Below are positions 12,101 through 25,000 of a stretch of DNA of 64,000 bases, one piece after another. The stretch is from NCBI RefSeq assembly GCF_009914755.1, contig NC_060948.1; one strand, given 5' to 3'. The notes under the pieces were generated by a model. The model was given only the letters and a program-made list of their open reading frames with translations. It was not told where the DNA came from and searched no databases. Source of the stretch: the human T2T-CHM13v2.0 reference genome, Homo sapiens. Both the position numbers and the translations under genes were made by a program. Each line of letters begins with the position of its first letter. Position 1 is the stretch's first letter.

Positions 12101-12500
12101 TTGGAGTCCATTCACTTCCAGAACATTCCATTCCAGTCGAATCCATTCGAGTACATTCCATTAAAGTTCATTACATTCTAATACATTCCATTCCATTGCA
12201 TTCCATACCATTCCATTCGATGCCATTCGATTCCATTCCATGCCAAATCATTGCATTCCTTTCCATTCCGTTCCTATCAATTCCATTCCATTCGATTTAG
12301 TTCGATTCTATTCACTTCCATTCCATTCGATTCCATTCCATTGGAGTCAATTCCTTTCGACACCCAGCCTTTCCAGTCAATGATTTTGGATTCCATTTTG
12401 TTGCATTCCATTACATTCTATGACATTCGATTCCGTTTCATTGCATTCCATTCCATACATTTTTATTCCATTCGAGACCGTAGCATTCCACTTTATTCCA
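9159..12500 (+). repeat. DYZ1: Short DYZ1 unit (3342 bp) carrying a 216 bp internal deletion
   Basis: The junction GGATTACTTTCCATT|GATTCCATTCCATTTGATGCC at 9679/9680 joins sequences that lie at 16586 and 16803 in an intact unit. Confidence 0.9.
11835..11849. promoter_or_regulatory. Polymorphic perfect heat shock element, site C (subset of units only)
   Basis: tTTCg-aGAAc-cTTCc here, whereas most units read tGTCg-aGAAc-cTTCc (e.g. 1410). Confidence 0.45.
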
Positions 12501-12640
12501 GGCCTGTCCATTACACTACATTCCCTTCCATTCCAATGAATTCCATTCCATTCCAATCCATTCCTTTCCTTTCGCTTGCATTCCATTCTATTCCCTTCTA
12601 CTGCATACAATTTCACTCCATTCGTTCCCATTCCATTCAA
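12487..12640 (+). other. Y1.1/Y1.2 DYZ1 sex-determination PCR amplicon (154 bp)
   Basis: TCCACTTTATTCCAGGCCTGTCC at 12487-12509 and CCATTCGTTCCCATTCCATTCAA at 12618-12640 match the Y1.1 and Y1.2 (reverse complement) primer sequences as I recall them. The equivalent segment occurs in every unit. Confidence 0.8.
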
Positions 12641-15600
12641 TTCCATTCCATTCAATTCCATTCCATTTGTTTCCATTCTCTTCGATTCCATTTCTTTATA
12701 TTCCATGCCATTCGATTCAATTCTATTGGATTGCATTACGTTCGTGTTCATTCCATTCCAGACCATTCCATTTGACTCCATTCCTTTCGAGCCCTTTCAA
12801 TTTGAGTCCATTCCTTTCCAGTCCATTTCACTCCAGTCCATTACTATCCATTCCATACCATTGCATCCCATTCCATTCCATTCCATTCCATTCCATTCCA
12901 TTCCATTCCATTGCATTCAATTCCATTCCATTCCATTTCACTGCACTCCTTTCCATTACATTCTACTCTATCTGAGTCGGTTTTATTGCATTAGATTGTA
13001 TTCCATTGGATTACTTTCCATTCGATTACATTCCATTCATGTACATTCCATTCCAGTCAATTACATTCGAGTTCATTACATTACATTCCAGTATATTCCA
13101 TTGTATTCGATCCCATTCCTTTCAATTCCATTTCATTCGACTCCATTATATTCGATTCCATTCCACTCGAATCCATTCCATTAGAGGACATTCCATTCCA
13201 ATGCATTCCATTCCATTCCATAACATTCCATTGCATTCGATTCCATTCCATTTGATGTCATTCCATTTGATGCCATTCCATGACATTCCATTCCATTCGA
13301 GTCCCTTCCGTTCCAATTCATTCCATTCCGTTTCATGAAATTCGAGTCCTTTCCAGTACATTTCATTCCAATCCCATCCAATCCAATCTACTCCATTCAA
13401 TTCCTTTCCATTCCATTTGATTAGATTCCATTGATTTGATTCCATTCAGTTTGATTCCATTCCGTGAAATTTCGTTCCATTCTATTCCATTGCATTACTT
13501 TCCATTCAATTCCATTCCATTTCATTTCAGTCCATTCGCTTCCTTTCCTTTCGATTCAATTCCATTTGATTCCACTCCATTCTATGCGATTTCATTCCAA
13601 TCGATTCAATTCCATTCGATGACATTCCTTTCGTTTCCATTCTATTCGAGTCCATTCAATTTGAGCATTCGTGTCCATTCTATTCGAGTCCATTCCATTA
13701 CCGTCTATTCTATTCCCTTCCATTACTGTTGATTCAATTTCATTCCCTTCCATTCGATTCCTTTCCATTCGATTCCATTCCTTTCCATTCCATTCCATTC
13801 GTTCCCATTCCGTGTGATTTCATTCCATTCCAGTCCATTATATTCGAGTCCACTCCACTCCATTCTATTACATTCAATTCCTTTTGAGTCCGTTCCATAA
13901 CACTCCATTCATTTCGATTCCATTTCTTGCCAGTTTTCTTCCATTTTATTCCATTCCGTTCGATTCCATTCCATTCGATTGCATTCCATTCGAATCCTTT
14001 CCATTCCATTTCATTCCATTCCTTTCTATTCCATTCCATTTCATTCGATTTGATTCCATTCTGTTCTATTCCATTCAATTCTTTTTCATTCCATTCGAAT
14101 CCTTTCTATTGCAGTCCATTCCATTCGAGTCCATTCCAATCCCTTCCATTACATTCCATTACAGTCCATTCCAATAGATTCCATTCCTTTGCCTTCCATT
14201 CGAATCCATTCCATTCTAGTCCATTCCATTTGAGTCCATTCCATTCCATTCCATTCTATTCCTTTCCAATCCATTCGATTCCATTCGATTCAATTCCATT
14301 TGATTCTCTTTCATTCTATTTTATTCCATGCCATTTGATTGCATTGCATTCCATTCCGTTTGATTCCAGTCCATTCAAGAAAGTTCCATTCCAGTCCATT
14401 GCTTTCCAGTCCATTCCATTCCACTCTAGTCTATTCCACTCCATTCCTTTCCATTCCATTCCATACTATTCCATTCCATTCCTTTGCATTCCGTTTCCAA
14501 TCTATTCGAGTCCATTGCATTCCAGTCCAATCCATTCGATTACATTCGTTTTGATTCCCTGCCAGTCGATTGCATTGCATACTAGACCATTCCAAAGGAG
14601 TCCATTCCATTCTATCTCAACACTTTCCATTCCACTCTGTTCGAGTCCATTCCATTCCAGTCCATTTAATTCAAGGGCATTCCATTCCATTCCATTCCAT
14701 TTCATATTATTCCATTCCATTCAATTCCATTCCAGATGATTCCATTCCATTCTATACCATTGCTCTCTGTTCCATTCCATTCCATATGTCTCCATTCCTT
14801 TCGTTTCGATTCCTTTCCATTCCATTCCATTACATTTGATCCTATTTTATTAAATTGCATTCTATTCGAGTGATTTCCATTCGAGTCCTTTCCATTCGAT
14901 TCCATTCCATTCTATTCCATTCCTTTGGATTCCATTCCATTCCGTTCCGTTCACATCAATTCCTTGCGATTCCATTACATTCGATTTCTTGCCATTCAAT
15001 TCCATTCCTTTTGACTCCATTTCATTCGATTCCATTCCATTCCATTAATTTCCATTCCATTCGAGACCTTTCCATTGCAGTCTTTTCCCTTCGAGTCCAT
15101 TCCGTTCGATTCCCTTCCATTCGATTCCATTCCATTGGAGTCCGTACCAGTCGAGTCCATTCTATTCCAGTCCATTAGTTTCGACTCCATTGCATTCGAG
15201 TGCATTCCATTCCGTGGCTGTCCATTCCGTTCCGTTTGATGCCATTCCATATGATTCCATTCAATTCGAGACCATTCTATTCCTGTCCATTCCTTGTGGT
15301 TCGATTCCATTTCACTCTAGTCCATTCCATTCCATTCAATTCCATTCGACTCTATTCCGTTCCATTCAATTCCATTCCATTCGATTCCATTTCTTTCGAG
15401 AACCTTCCATTACACTCCCTTCCATTCCAGTGCATTCCATTCCAGTCTCTTCAGTTCGATTCCATTCCATTCGTTTCGATTCCTTTCCATTCCAGCCCAT
15501 TCCATTCCATTCCATTCCATTCCATTCCTTTCCGTTTCATTAGATTCCATTGCATTCGATTCCATTCAATTCAATTCCGTGCTATTCAATTTGATTCATT

Positions 15601-16064
15601 TCCATTTAATTCCATTCCATTAGATTCCATTCCGTACGATTCCATTCCTTTTGAATCCATTCCATTGGAGCCCATTCACTTCCAGAACATTCCATTACAG
15701 TCGAATCCATTCGAGTACATTCCATTAAAGTTCATTACATTCTAATACATTCCATTCCATTGCATTCCATTCCATTCCATTCGATGACATTCGATTCCAT
15801 TCCATGCCAAATCATTGCATTCCTTTCCATTCCGTTCCTATCAATTCCATTCCATTCGATTTAGTTCGATTCTATTCACTTCCATTCCATTCCATTCCAT
15901 TCCATTGGAGTCAATTCCTTCCGACACCCAGCCTTTCCAGTCAATGATTTTGGATTCCATTTTTTTGCATTCCATTACATTCTATGACATTCGATTCCGT
16001 TTCATTGCATTCCATTCCATACATTTTTATTCCATTCGAGACCGTAGCATTCCACTTTATTCCA
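12501..16064 (+). repeat. DYZ1: Representative full-length DYZ1 unit (3564 bp, HaeIII to HaeIII)
   Basis: GGCC at 12501 and 16065. The ORF-track equivalents at 12251 and 15815 are also 3564 apart. 3564 bp is the length I recall for the originally sequenced DYZ1 unit. Confidence 0.9.
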
Positions 16065-19000
16065 GGCCTGTCCATTACACTACATTCCCTTCCATTCCAA
16101 TGAATTCCATTCCATTCCAATCCATTCCTTTCCTTTCGCTTGCATTCCATTCTATTCCCTTCTACTGCATACAATTTCACTCCATTCGTTCCCATTCCAT
16201 TCAATTCCATTCCATTCAATTCCATTCCATTTGTTTCCATTCTCTTCGATTCCATTTCTTTATATTCCATGCCATTCGATTCCATTCTATTGGATTGCAT
16301 TACTTTCGTGTTCATTCCATTCCAGACCATTCCATTTGACTCCATTCCTTTCGAGCCCTTTCAATTTGAGTCCATTCCTTTCCAGTCCATTTCACTCCAG
16401 TCCATTACTATCCATTCCATACCATTCCATCCCATTCCATCCCATTCCATTCCATTCCATTCCATTCCATTCCATTGCATTCCATTCCATTCCATTCCAT
16501 TCCACTGCACTCCATTCCATTGCATTCTACTCTATCTGAGTCGATTTTATTGCATTAGATTCTATTCCATTGGATTACTTTCCATTCGATTACATTCCAT
16601 TCATGTACATTCCATTCCAGTCAATTACATTCGAGTTCATTACGTTACATTCCAGTATATTCCATTGTATTCGATCCCATTCCTTTCAATTCCATTTCAT
16701 TCGACTCCATTATATTCGATTCCATTCCACTCGAATCCATTCCATTAGAGGACATTCCATTCCAATGCATTCCATTCCATTCCATAGCATTCCATTGCAT
16801 TCGATTCCATTCCATTTGATGCCATTCCATTTGATGCCATTCCATGACATTCCATTCCATTCGAGTCCATTCCGTTCCAATTCATTCCATTCCGTTTCAT
16901 GAAATTCGAGTCCTTTCCAGTACATTTCATTCCAATCCCATCCAATCCAATCTACTCCATTCAATTCCTTTCCATTCCATTTGATTAGATTCCATTGATT
17001 TGATTCCATTCAGTTTGATTCCATTCCGTGAAATTTCGTTCCATTCTATTCCATTGCATTACTTTCCATTCAATTCCATTCCATTTCATTTCAGTCCATT
17101 CGCTTCCTTTCCTTTCGATTCAATTCCATTTGATTCCACTCCATTCTATGCGATTTCATTCCAATCGATTCAATTCCATTCGATGACATTCCTTTCGTTT
17201 CCATTCCATTCGAGTCCATTCAATTTGAGCATTCGTGTCCATTCTATTCGAGTCCATTCCATTACCGTCTATTCTATTCCCTTCCATTCCTGTTGATTCA
17301 ATTTCATTCCCTTCCATTCGATTCCTTTCCATTCGATTCCATTCCTTTCCATTCCATTCCATTCGTTCCCATTCCATGTGATTTCATTCCATTCCAGTCC
17401 ATTATATTCGAGTCCACTCCACTCCATTCTATTACATTCAATTCCTTTTGAGTCCGTTCCATAAAACTCCATTCATTTCGATTCCATTTCTTGCCAGTTT
17501 TCTTCCATTTTATTCCATTCCGTTCGATTCCATTCGATTGCATTCCATTCGAATCCTTTCCATTCCATTTCATTCCATTCCTTTCTATTCCATTCCATTT
17601 CATTCGATTTGATTCCATTCTGTTCTATTCCATTCAATTCTTTTTCATTCCATTCGAATCCTTTCTATTGCAGTCCATTCCATTCGAGTCCATTCCAATC
17701 CCTTCCATTCCATTCCATTACAGTCCATTCCAATAGATTCCATTCCTCTGCCTTCCATTCGAATCCATTCCATTCTAGTCCATTCCATTTGAGTCAATTC
17801 CATTCTATTCCTTTCCAATCCATTCGATTCCATTCGATTCAATTCCATTTGATTCTCTTTCATTCTATTTTATTCCATGCCACTTGATTGCATTGCATTC
17901 CATTCCGTTTGATTCCAGTCCATTCAAGAAAGTTCCATTCCAGTCCATTGCTTTCGAGTCCATTCCATTCCACTCTAGTCTATTCCACTCCATTCCTTTC
18001 CATTCCATTCCATACTATTCCATTCCATTCCTTTGCTTTCCGTTTGCAATCTATTCGAGTCCATTGCATTCCAGTCCAATCCATTCGATTACATTCCTTT
18101 TGATTCCCTGCCAGTCGATTGCATTGCATACTACACCATTCCAAAGGAGTCCATTCCATTCTATCTCAACACTTTCCATTCCACTCTGTTCGAGTCCATT
18201 CCATTCCAGTCCATTTAATTCAAGGGCATTCCATTCCATTCCATTCCATTTCATATTATTCCATTCCATTCAATTCCATTCCAGATGATTCCATTCCATT
18301 CTATACCATTGCTCTCTGTTCCATTCCATTCCATCTGTCTCCATTCCTTTCGTTTCGATTCCTTTCCATTCCATTCCATTCCATTTGATCCTATTTTATT
18401 AAATTGCATTCTATTCGAGTGATTTCCATTCGAGTCCTTTCCATTCGATTCCATTCCATTCTATTCCATTCCTTTGGATTCCATTCCATTCCGTTCCGTT
18501 CACATCAATTCCTTGCGATTCCATTACATTCGATTTCTTGCCATTCGATTCCATTCCTTTTGACTCCATTTCATTCGATTCCATTCCATTCCATTAATTT
18601 CCATTCCATTCGAGACCTTTCCATTGCAGTCTTTTCCCTTCGAGTCCATTCCGTTCGATTCCCTTCCATTCGATTCCATTCCATTGGAGTCCGTACCAGT
18701 CGAGTCCATTCTATTCCAGTCCATTAGTTTCGACTCCATTGCATTCGTGTGCATTCCATTCCGTGGCTGTCCATTCCATTCCGTTTGATGCCATTCCATA
18801 CGATTCCATTCAATTCGAGACCATTCTATTCCTGTCCATTCCTTGTGGTTCGATTCCATTTCACTCTAGTCCATTCCATTCCATTCAATTACATTCGACT
18901 CTATTCCGTTCCATTCAATTCCATTCCGTTCGATTCCATTTTTGTCGAGAACCTTCCATTACACTCCCTTCCATTCCAGTGCATTCCATTCCAGTCTCTT

Positions 19001-22000
19001 CAGTTCGATTCCATTCCATTCGTTTCGATTCCTATCCATTCCAGCCCATTCCATTCCATTCCATTCCTTTCCTTTCCGTTTCATTAGATTCCATTGCATT
19101 CCATTCCATTCAATTCAATTCCGTGCTATTCAATTTGATTCATTTCCATTTAATTCCATTCCATTAGATTCCATTCCGTACGATTCCATTCCTTTTGATT
19201 CCATTCCGCTGGAGTCCATTCACTTCCAGAACATTCCATTACAGTCGAATCCATTCGAGGACATTCCATTAAAGTTCATTACATTCTAATACATTCCATT
19301 CCATTGCATTCCATTCCATTCCATTCGATGCCATTCGATTCCATTCCATGCCAAATCATTGCATTCCTTTCCATTCCGTTCCTATCAATTCCATTCCATT
19401 CGATTTAGTTCGATTCTATTCACTTCCATTCCATTCGATTCCATTCCATTGGAGTCAATTCCTTTTGACACCCAGCCTTTCCAGTCAATGATTTTGGAGT
19501 CCATTTTTTTGCATTCCATTACATTCTATGACATTCGATTCCGTTTCATTGCATTCCATTCCATACATTTTTATTCCATTCGAGACCGTAGCATTCTGCT
19601 TTATTCCAGGCCTGTCCATTACACTACATTCCCTTCCATTCCAATGAATTCCATTCCATTCCAATCCATTCCTTTCCTTTCGCTTGCATTCCATTCTATT
19701 CTCTTCTACTGCATGCAATTTCACTCCATTCGTTCCCATTCCATTCAATTCCATTCCATTCAATTCCATTCCATTTGTTTCCATTCTCTTCGATTCCATT
19801 TCTTTATATTCCATGCCATTCGATTCCATTCTATTGGATTGCATTACATTCGTGTTCATTCCATTCCAGACCATTCCATTTGACTCCATTCCTTTCGAGC
19901 CGTTTCAATTTGAGTCCATTCCTTTCCAGTCCATTTCACTCCAGTCCATTGCTATCCATTCCACACCATTCCATCCCATTCCATTCCATTCCACTCCATT
20001 CCATTCCATTCCATTGCATTCCATTCCATTGCACTGCACTCCATTCCATTGCATTCTACTCTATCTGAGTCGATTTTATTGCGTTAGATTCTATTCCATT
20101 GGATTACTTTCCATTCGATTACATTTCATTCATGAACATTCCATTCCAGTCAATTACATTCGAGTTCATTACATTACATTCCAGTATATTCCATTGTATT
20201 CTATCCCATTCCTTTCAATTCCATTTCATTCGACTCCATTGTATTCGATTCCATTCCACTCGAATCCATTCCATTAGAGGACATTCCATTCCAATGCATT
20301 CCATTCCATTCCATAGCATTCCATTGCATTCGATTCCATTCCATTTGATGCCATTCCATTTGATGCCATTCCATGACATTCCATTCCATTCGAGTCCATT
20401 CCGTTCCAATTCATTCCATTCCGTTTCATGAAATTCGAGTCCTTTCCAGTACATTTCATTCCAATCCCATCCAATCCCATCTACTCCATTCAATTCCTTT
20501 CCATTCCATTTGATTATATTCCATTGATTTGATTCCATTCAGTTTGATTCCATTCCGTGAAATTTCCTTCCATTCTCTTCCATTGCATTACTTTCCATTC
20601 AATTCCATTCCATTTCATTTCAGTCCATTCGCTTCCTTTCTTTTCGATTCAATTCCATTTGATTCCACTCCATTCTATGCGATTTCATTCCAATCGATTC
20701 AATTCCATTCGATGACATTCCTTTCGTTTCCATTCCATTCGAGTCCATTCAATTTGAGCATTCGTGTCCATTCTATTCGAGTCCATTCCATTACCGTCTA
20801 TTCTATTCCCTTCCATTCCTGTTGATTCAATTTCATTCCCTTCCATTCGATTCCTTTCCATTCGATTCCATTCCTTTCCATTCCATTCCATTCGTTCCCA
20901 TTCCATGTGATTTCATTCCATTCCAGTCCATTATATTCGAGTCCACTCCACTCCATTCTATTACATTCAATTCCTTTTGAGTCCGTTCCATAACACTCCA
21001 TTCATTTCGATTCCATTTCTTGCCAGTTTTCTTCCATTTTATTCCATTCCGTTCGATTCCATTCCATTCGATTGCATTCCATTCGAATCCTTTCCATTCC
21101 ATTTCATTCCATTACTTTCTATTCCATTCCATTTCATTTGATTTGAGTCCATTCTGTTCTATTCCATTCAATTCTTTTTCATTCCATTCGAATCCTTTCT
21201 ATTGCAGTCCATTCCATTCGAGTCCATTCCAATCCCTTCCATTCCATTCCATTACAGTCCATTCCAATAGATTCCATTCCTTTGCCTTCCATTCGAATCC
21301 ATTCCATTCTAGTCCATTCCATTTCAGTCAATTCCATTCCATTCCATTCTATTCCTTTCCAATACATTCGATTCCATTCGATTCAATTCCATTTGATTCT
21401 CTTTCATTCTATTTTATTCCATGCCATTTGATTGCATTACATTCCATTCCGTTTGATTCCAGTCCATTCAAGAATGTTCCATTCCAGTCCATTGCTTTCC
21501 AGTCCATTCCATTCCACTCTAGTCTATTCCACTCCATTCCTTTCCATTCCATTCCATACTATTCCATTCCATTCCTTTGCATTCCGTTTCCAATCTATTC
21601 GAGTCCATTGCATTCCAGTCCAATCCATTCGATTACATTCCTTTTGATTCCCTGCCAGTCGATTGCATTGCATACTAGACCATTCCCAACGAGTCCATTC
21701 CATTCTATCTCAACACTTTCCATTCCACTCTGTTCGAGTCCATTCCATTCCAGTCCATTTAATTCAAGGGCATTCCATTCCATTCCATTCCATTTCATAT
21801 TATTCCATTCCATTCAATTCCATTCCAGATGATTCCATTCCATTCTATACCATTGCTCTCTGTTCCATTCCATTCCATCTGTCTCCATTCCTTTCGTTTC
21901 GATTCCTTTCCATTCCATTCCATTACATTTGATCCTATTTTATTAAATTGCATTCTATTCGAGTGATTTCCATTCGAGTTCTTTCCATTCGAATCCATTC

Positions 22001-25000
22001 CTTTGGATTCCATTCCATTTCGTTCTGTTCACATCAATTCCTTACGATTCCATTACATTCGATTTCTTGCCATTCGATTCCATTCCTTTTGACTCCATTT
22101 CATTCGATTCCATTCCATTCCATTAATTTCCATTCCATTCGAGACCTTTCCATTGCAGTCTTTTCCCTTCGAGTCCATTCCGTTCGATTCCCTTCCATTC
22201 GATTCCATTCCATTGGAGTCCGTACCAGTCGAGTCCATTCTATTCCAGTCCATTAGTTTCGACTCCATTGCATTCGAGTGCATTCCATTCCGTGGCTGTC
22301 CATTCCATTCCGTTTGATGCCATTCCATACGATTCCATTCAATTCGAGACCATTCTATTCCTGTCCATTCCTTGTGGTTCGATTCCATTTCACTCTAGTC
22401 CATTCCATTCCATTCAATTCCATTCGACTCTATTCCGTTCCATTCAATTCCATTCCATTCGATTCCATTTTTGTCGAGAACCTTCCATTACACTCCCTTC
22501 CATTCCAGTGCATTCCATTCCAGTCTCTTCAGTTCGATTCCATTCCATTCGTTTCGATTCCTTTCCATTCCAGCCCATTCCATTCCATTCCATTCCTTTC
22601 CTTTCCGTTTCATTAGATTCCATTGCATTCGATTCCATTCAATTCAATTCCGTGCTATTCAATTTGATTCATTTCCATTTGATTCCATTCCATAGATTCC
22701 ATTCCGTACGATTCCATTCCTTTTGAATCCATTCCGCTGGAGTCCATTCACTTCCAGAACATTCCATTACAGTCGAATCCATTCGAGGACATTCCATTAA
22801 AGTTCATTACATTCTAATACATTCCATTCCATTCCATTCCATTCGATGCCATTCGATTCCATTCCATGCCAAATCATTGCATTCCTTTCCATTCCGTTCC
22901 TATCAATTCCATTCCATTCGATTTAGTTCGATTCTATTCACTTCCATTCCATTCGATTCCATTCCATTGGAGTCAATTCCTTTTGACACCCAGCCTTTCC
23001 AGTCAATGATTTTGGAGTCCATTTTTTTGCATTCCATTACATTCTATGACATTCGATTCCGTTTCATTGCATTCCATTCCATACATTTTTATTCCATTCG
23101 AGACCGTAGCATTCTGCTTTATTCCAGGCCTGTCCATTACACTACATTCCCTTCCATTCCAATGAATTCCATTCCATTCCAATCCATTCCTTTCCTTTCG
23201 CTTGCATTCCATTCTATTCTCTTCTACTGCATACAATTTCACTCCATTCGTTCCCATTCCATTCAATTCCATTCCATTCAATTCCATTCCATTTGTTTCC
23301 ATTCTCTTCGATTCCATTTCTTTATATTACATGCCATTCGATTCCATTCTATTGGATTGCATTACATTCGTGTTCATTCCATTCCAGACCATTCCATTTG
23401 ACTCCATTCCTTTCGAGCCCTTTCAATTTGAGTCCATTCCTTTCCAGTCCATTTCACTCCAGTCCATTACTATCCATTCCATACCATTCCATCCCATTCC
23501 ATTCCATTCCATTCCATTGCATTCCATTCCATTCCATTCCATTGCACTGCACTCCATTCCATTACATTCTACTCTATCTGAGTCGATTTTATTGCGTTAG
23601 ATTCTATTCCATTGGATTACTTTCCATTCGATTACATTTCATTCATGTACATTCCATTCCAGTCAATTACATTCGAGTTCATTACATTACATTCCAGTAT
23701 ATTCCATTGTATTCTATCCCATTCCTTTCAATTCCATTTCATTCGACTCCATTATATTCGATTCCATTCCACTCGAATCCATTCCATTAGAGGACATTCC
23801 ATTCCAATGCATTCCATTCCATTCCATAGCATTCCATTGCATTCGATTCCATTCCATTTGATGCCATTCCATTTGATGCCATTCCATGACATTCCATTCC
23901 ATTCGAGTCCATTCCGTTCCAATTCATTCCATTCCGTTTCATGAAATTCGAGTCCTTTCCAGTACATTTCATTCCAATCCCATCCAATCCCATCTACTCC
24001 ATTCAATTCCTTTCCATTCCATTTGATTATATTCCATTGATTTGATTCCATTCAGTTTGATTCCATTCCGTGAAATTTCCTTCCATTCTCTTCCATTGCA
24101 TTACTTTCCATTCAATTCCATTCCATTTCATTTCAGTCCATTCGCTTCCTTTCTTTTCGATTCAATTCCATTTGATTCCACTCCATTCTATGCGATTTCA
24201 TTCCAATCGATTCAATTCCATTCGATGACATTCCTTTCGTTTCCATTCCATTCGAGTCCATTCAATTTGAGCATTCGTGTCCATTCTATTCGAGTCCATT
24301 CCATTACCGTCTATTCTATTCCCTTCCATTCCTGTTGATTCAATTTCATTCCCTTCCATTCGATTCCTTTCCATTCGATTCCATTCCTTTCCATTCCATT
24401 CCATTCGTTCCCATTCCATGTGATTTCATTCCATTCCAGTCCATTATATTCGAGTCCACTCCACTCCATTCTATTACATTCAATTCCTTTTGAGTCCGTT
24501 CCATAACACTCCATTCATTTCGATTCCATTTCTTGCCAGTTTTCTTCCATTTTATTCCATTCCGTTCGATTCCATTCCATTCGATTGCATTCCATTCGAA
24601 TCCTTTCCATTCCATTTCATTCCATTACTTTCTATTCCATTCCATTTCATTTGATTTGAGTCCATTCTGTTCTATTCCATTCAATTCTTTTTCATTCCAT
24701 TCGAATCCTTTCTATTGCAGTCCATTCCATTCGAGTCCATTCCAATCCCTTCCATTCCATTCCATTACAGTCCATTCCAATAGATTCCATTCCTTTGCCT
24801 TCCATTCGAATCCATTCCATTCTAGTCCATTCCATTTGAGTCAATTCCATTCCATTCCATTCTATTCCTTTCCAATCCATTCGATTCCATTCGATTCAAT
24901 TCCATTTGATTCTCTTTCATTCTATTTTATTCCATGCCATTTGATTGCATTGCATTCCATTCCGTTTGATTCCAGTCCATTCAAGAAAGTTCCATTCCAG

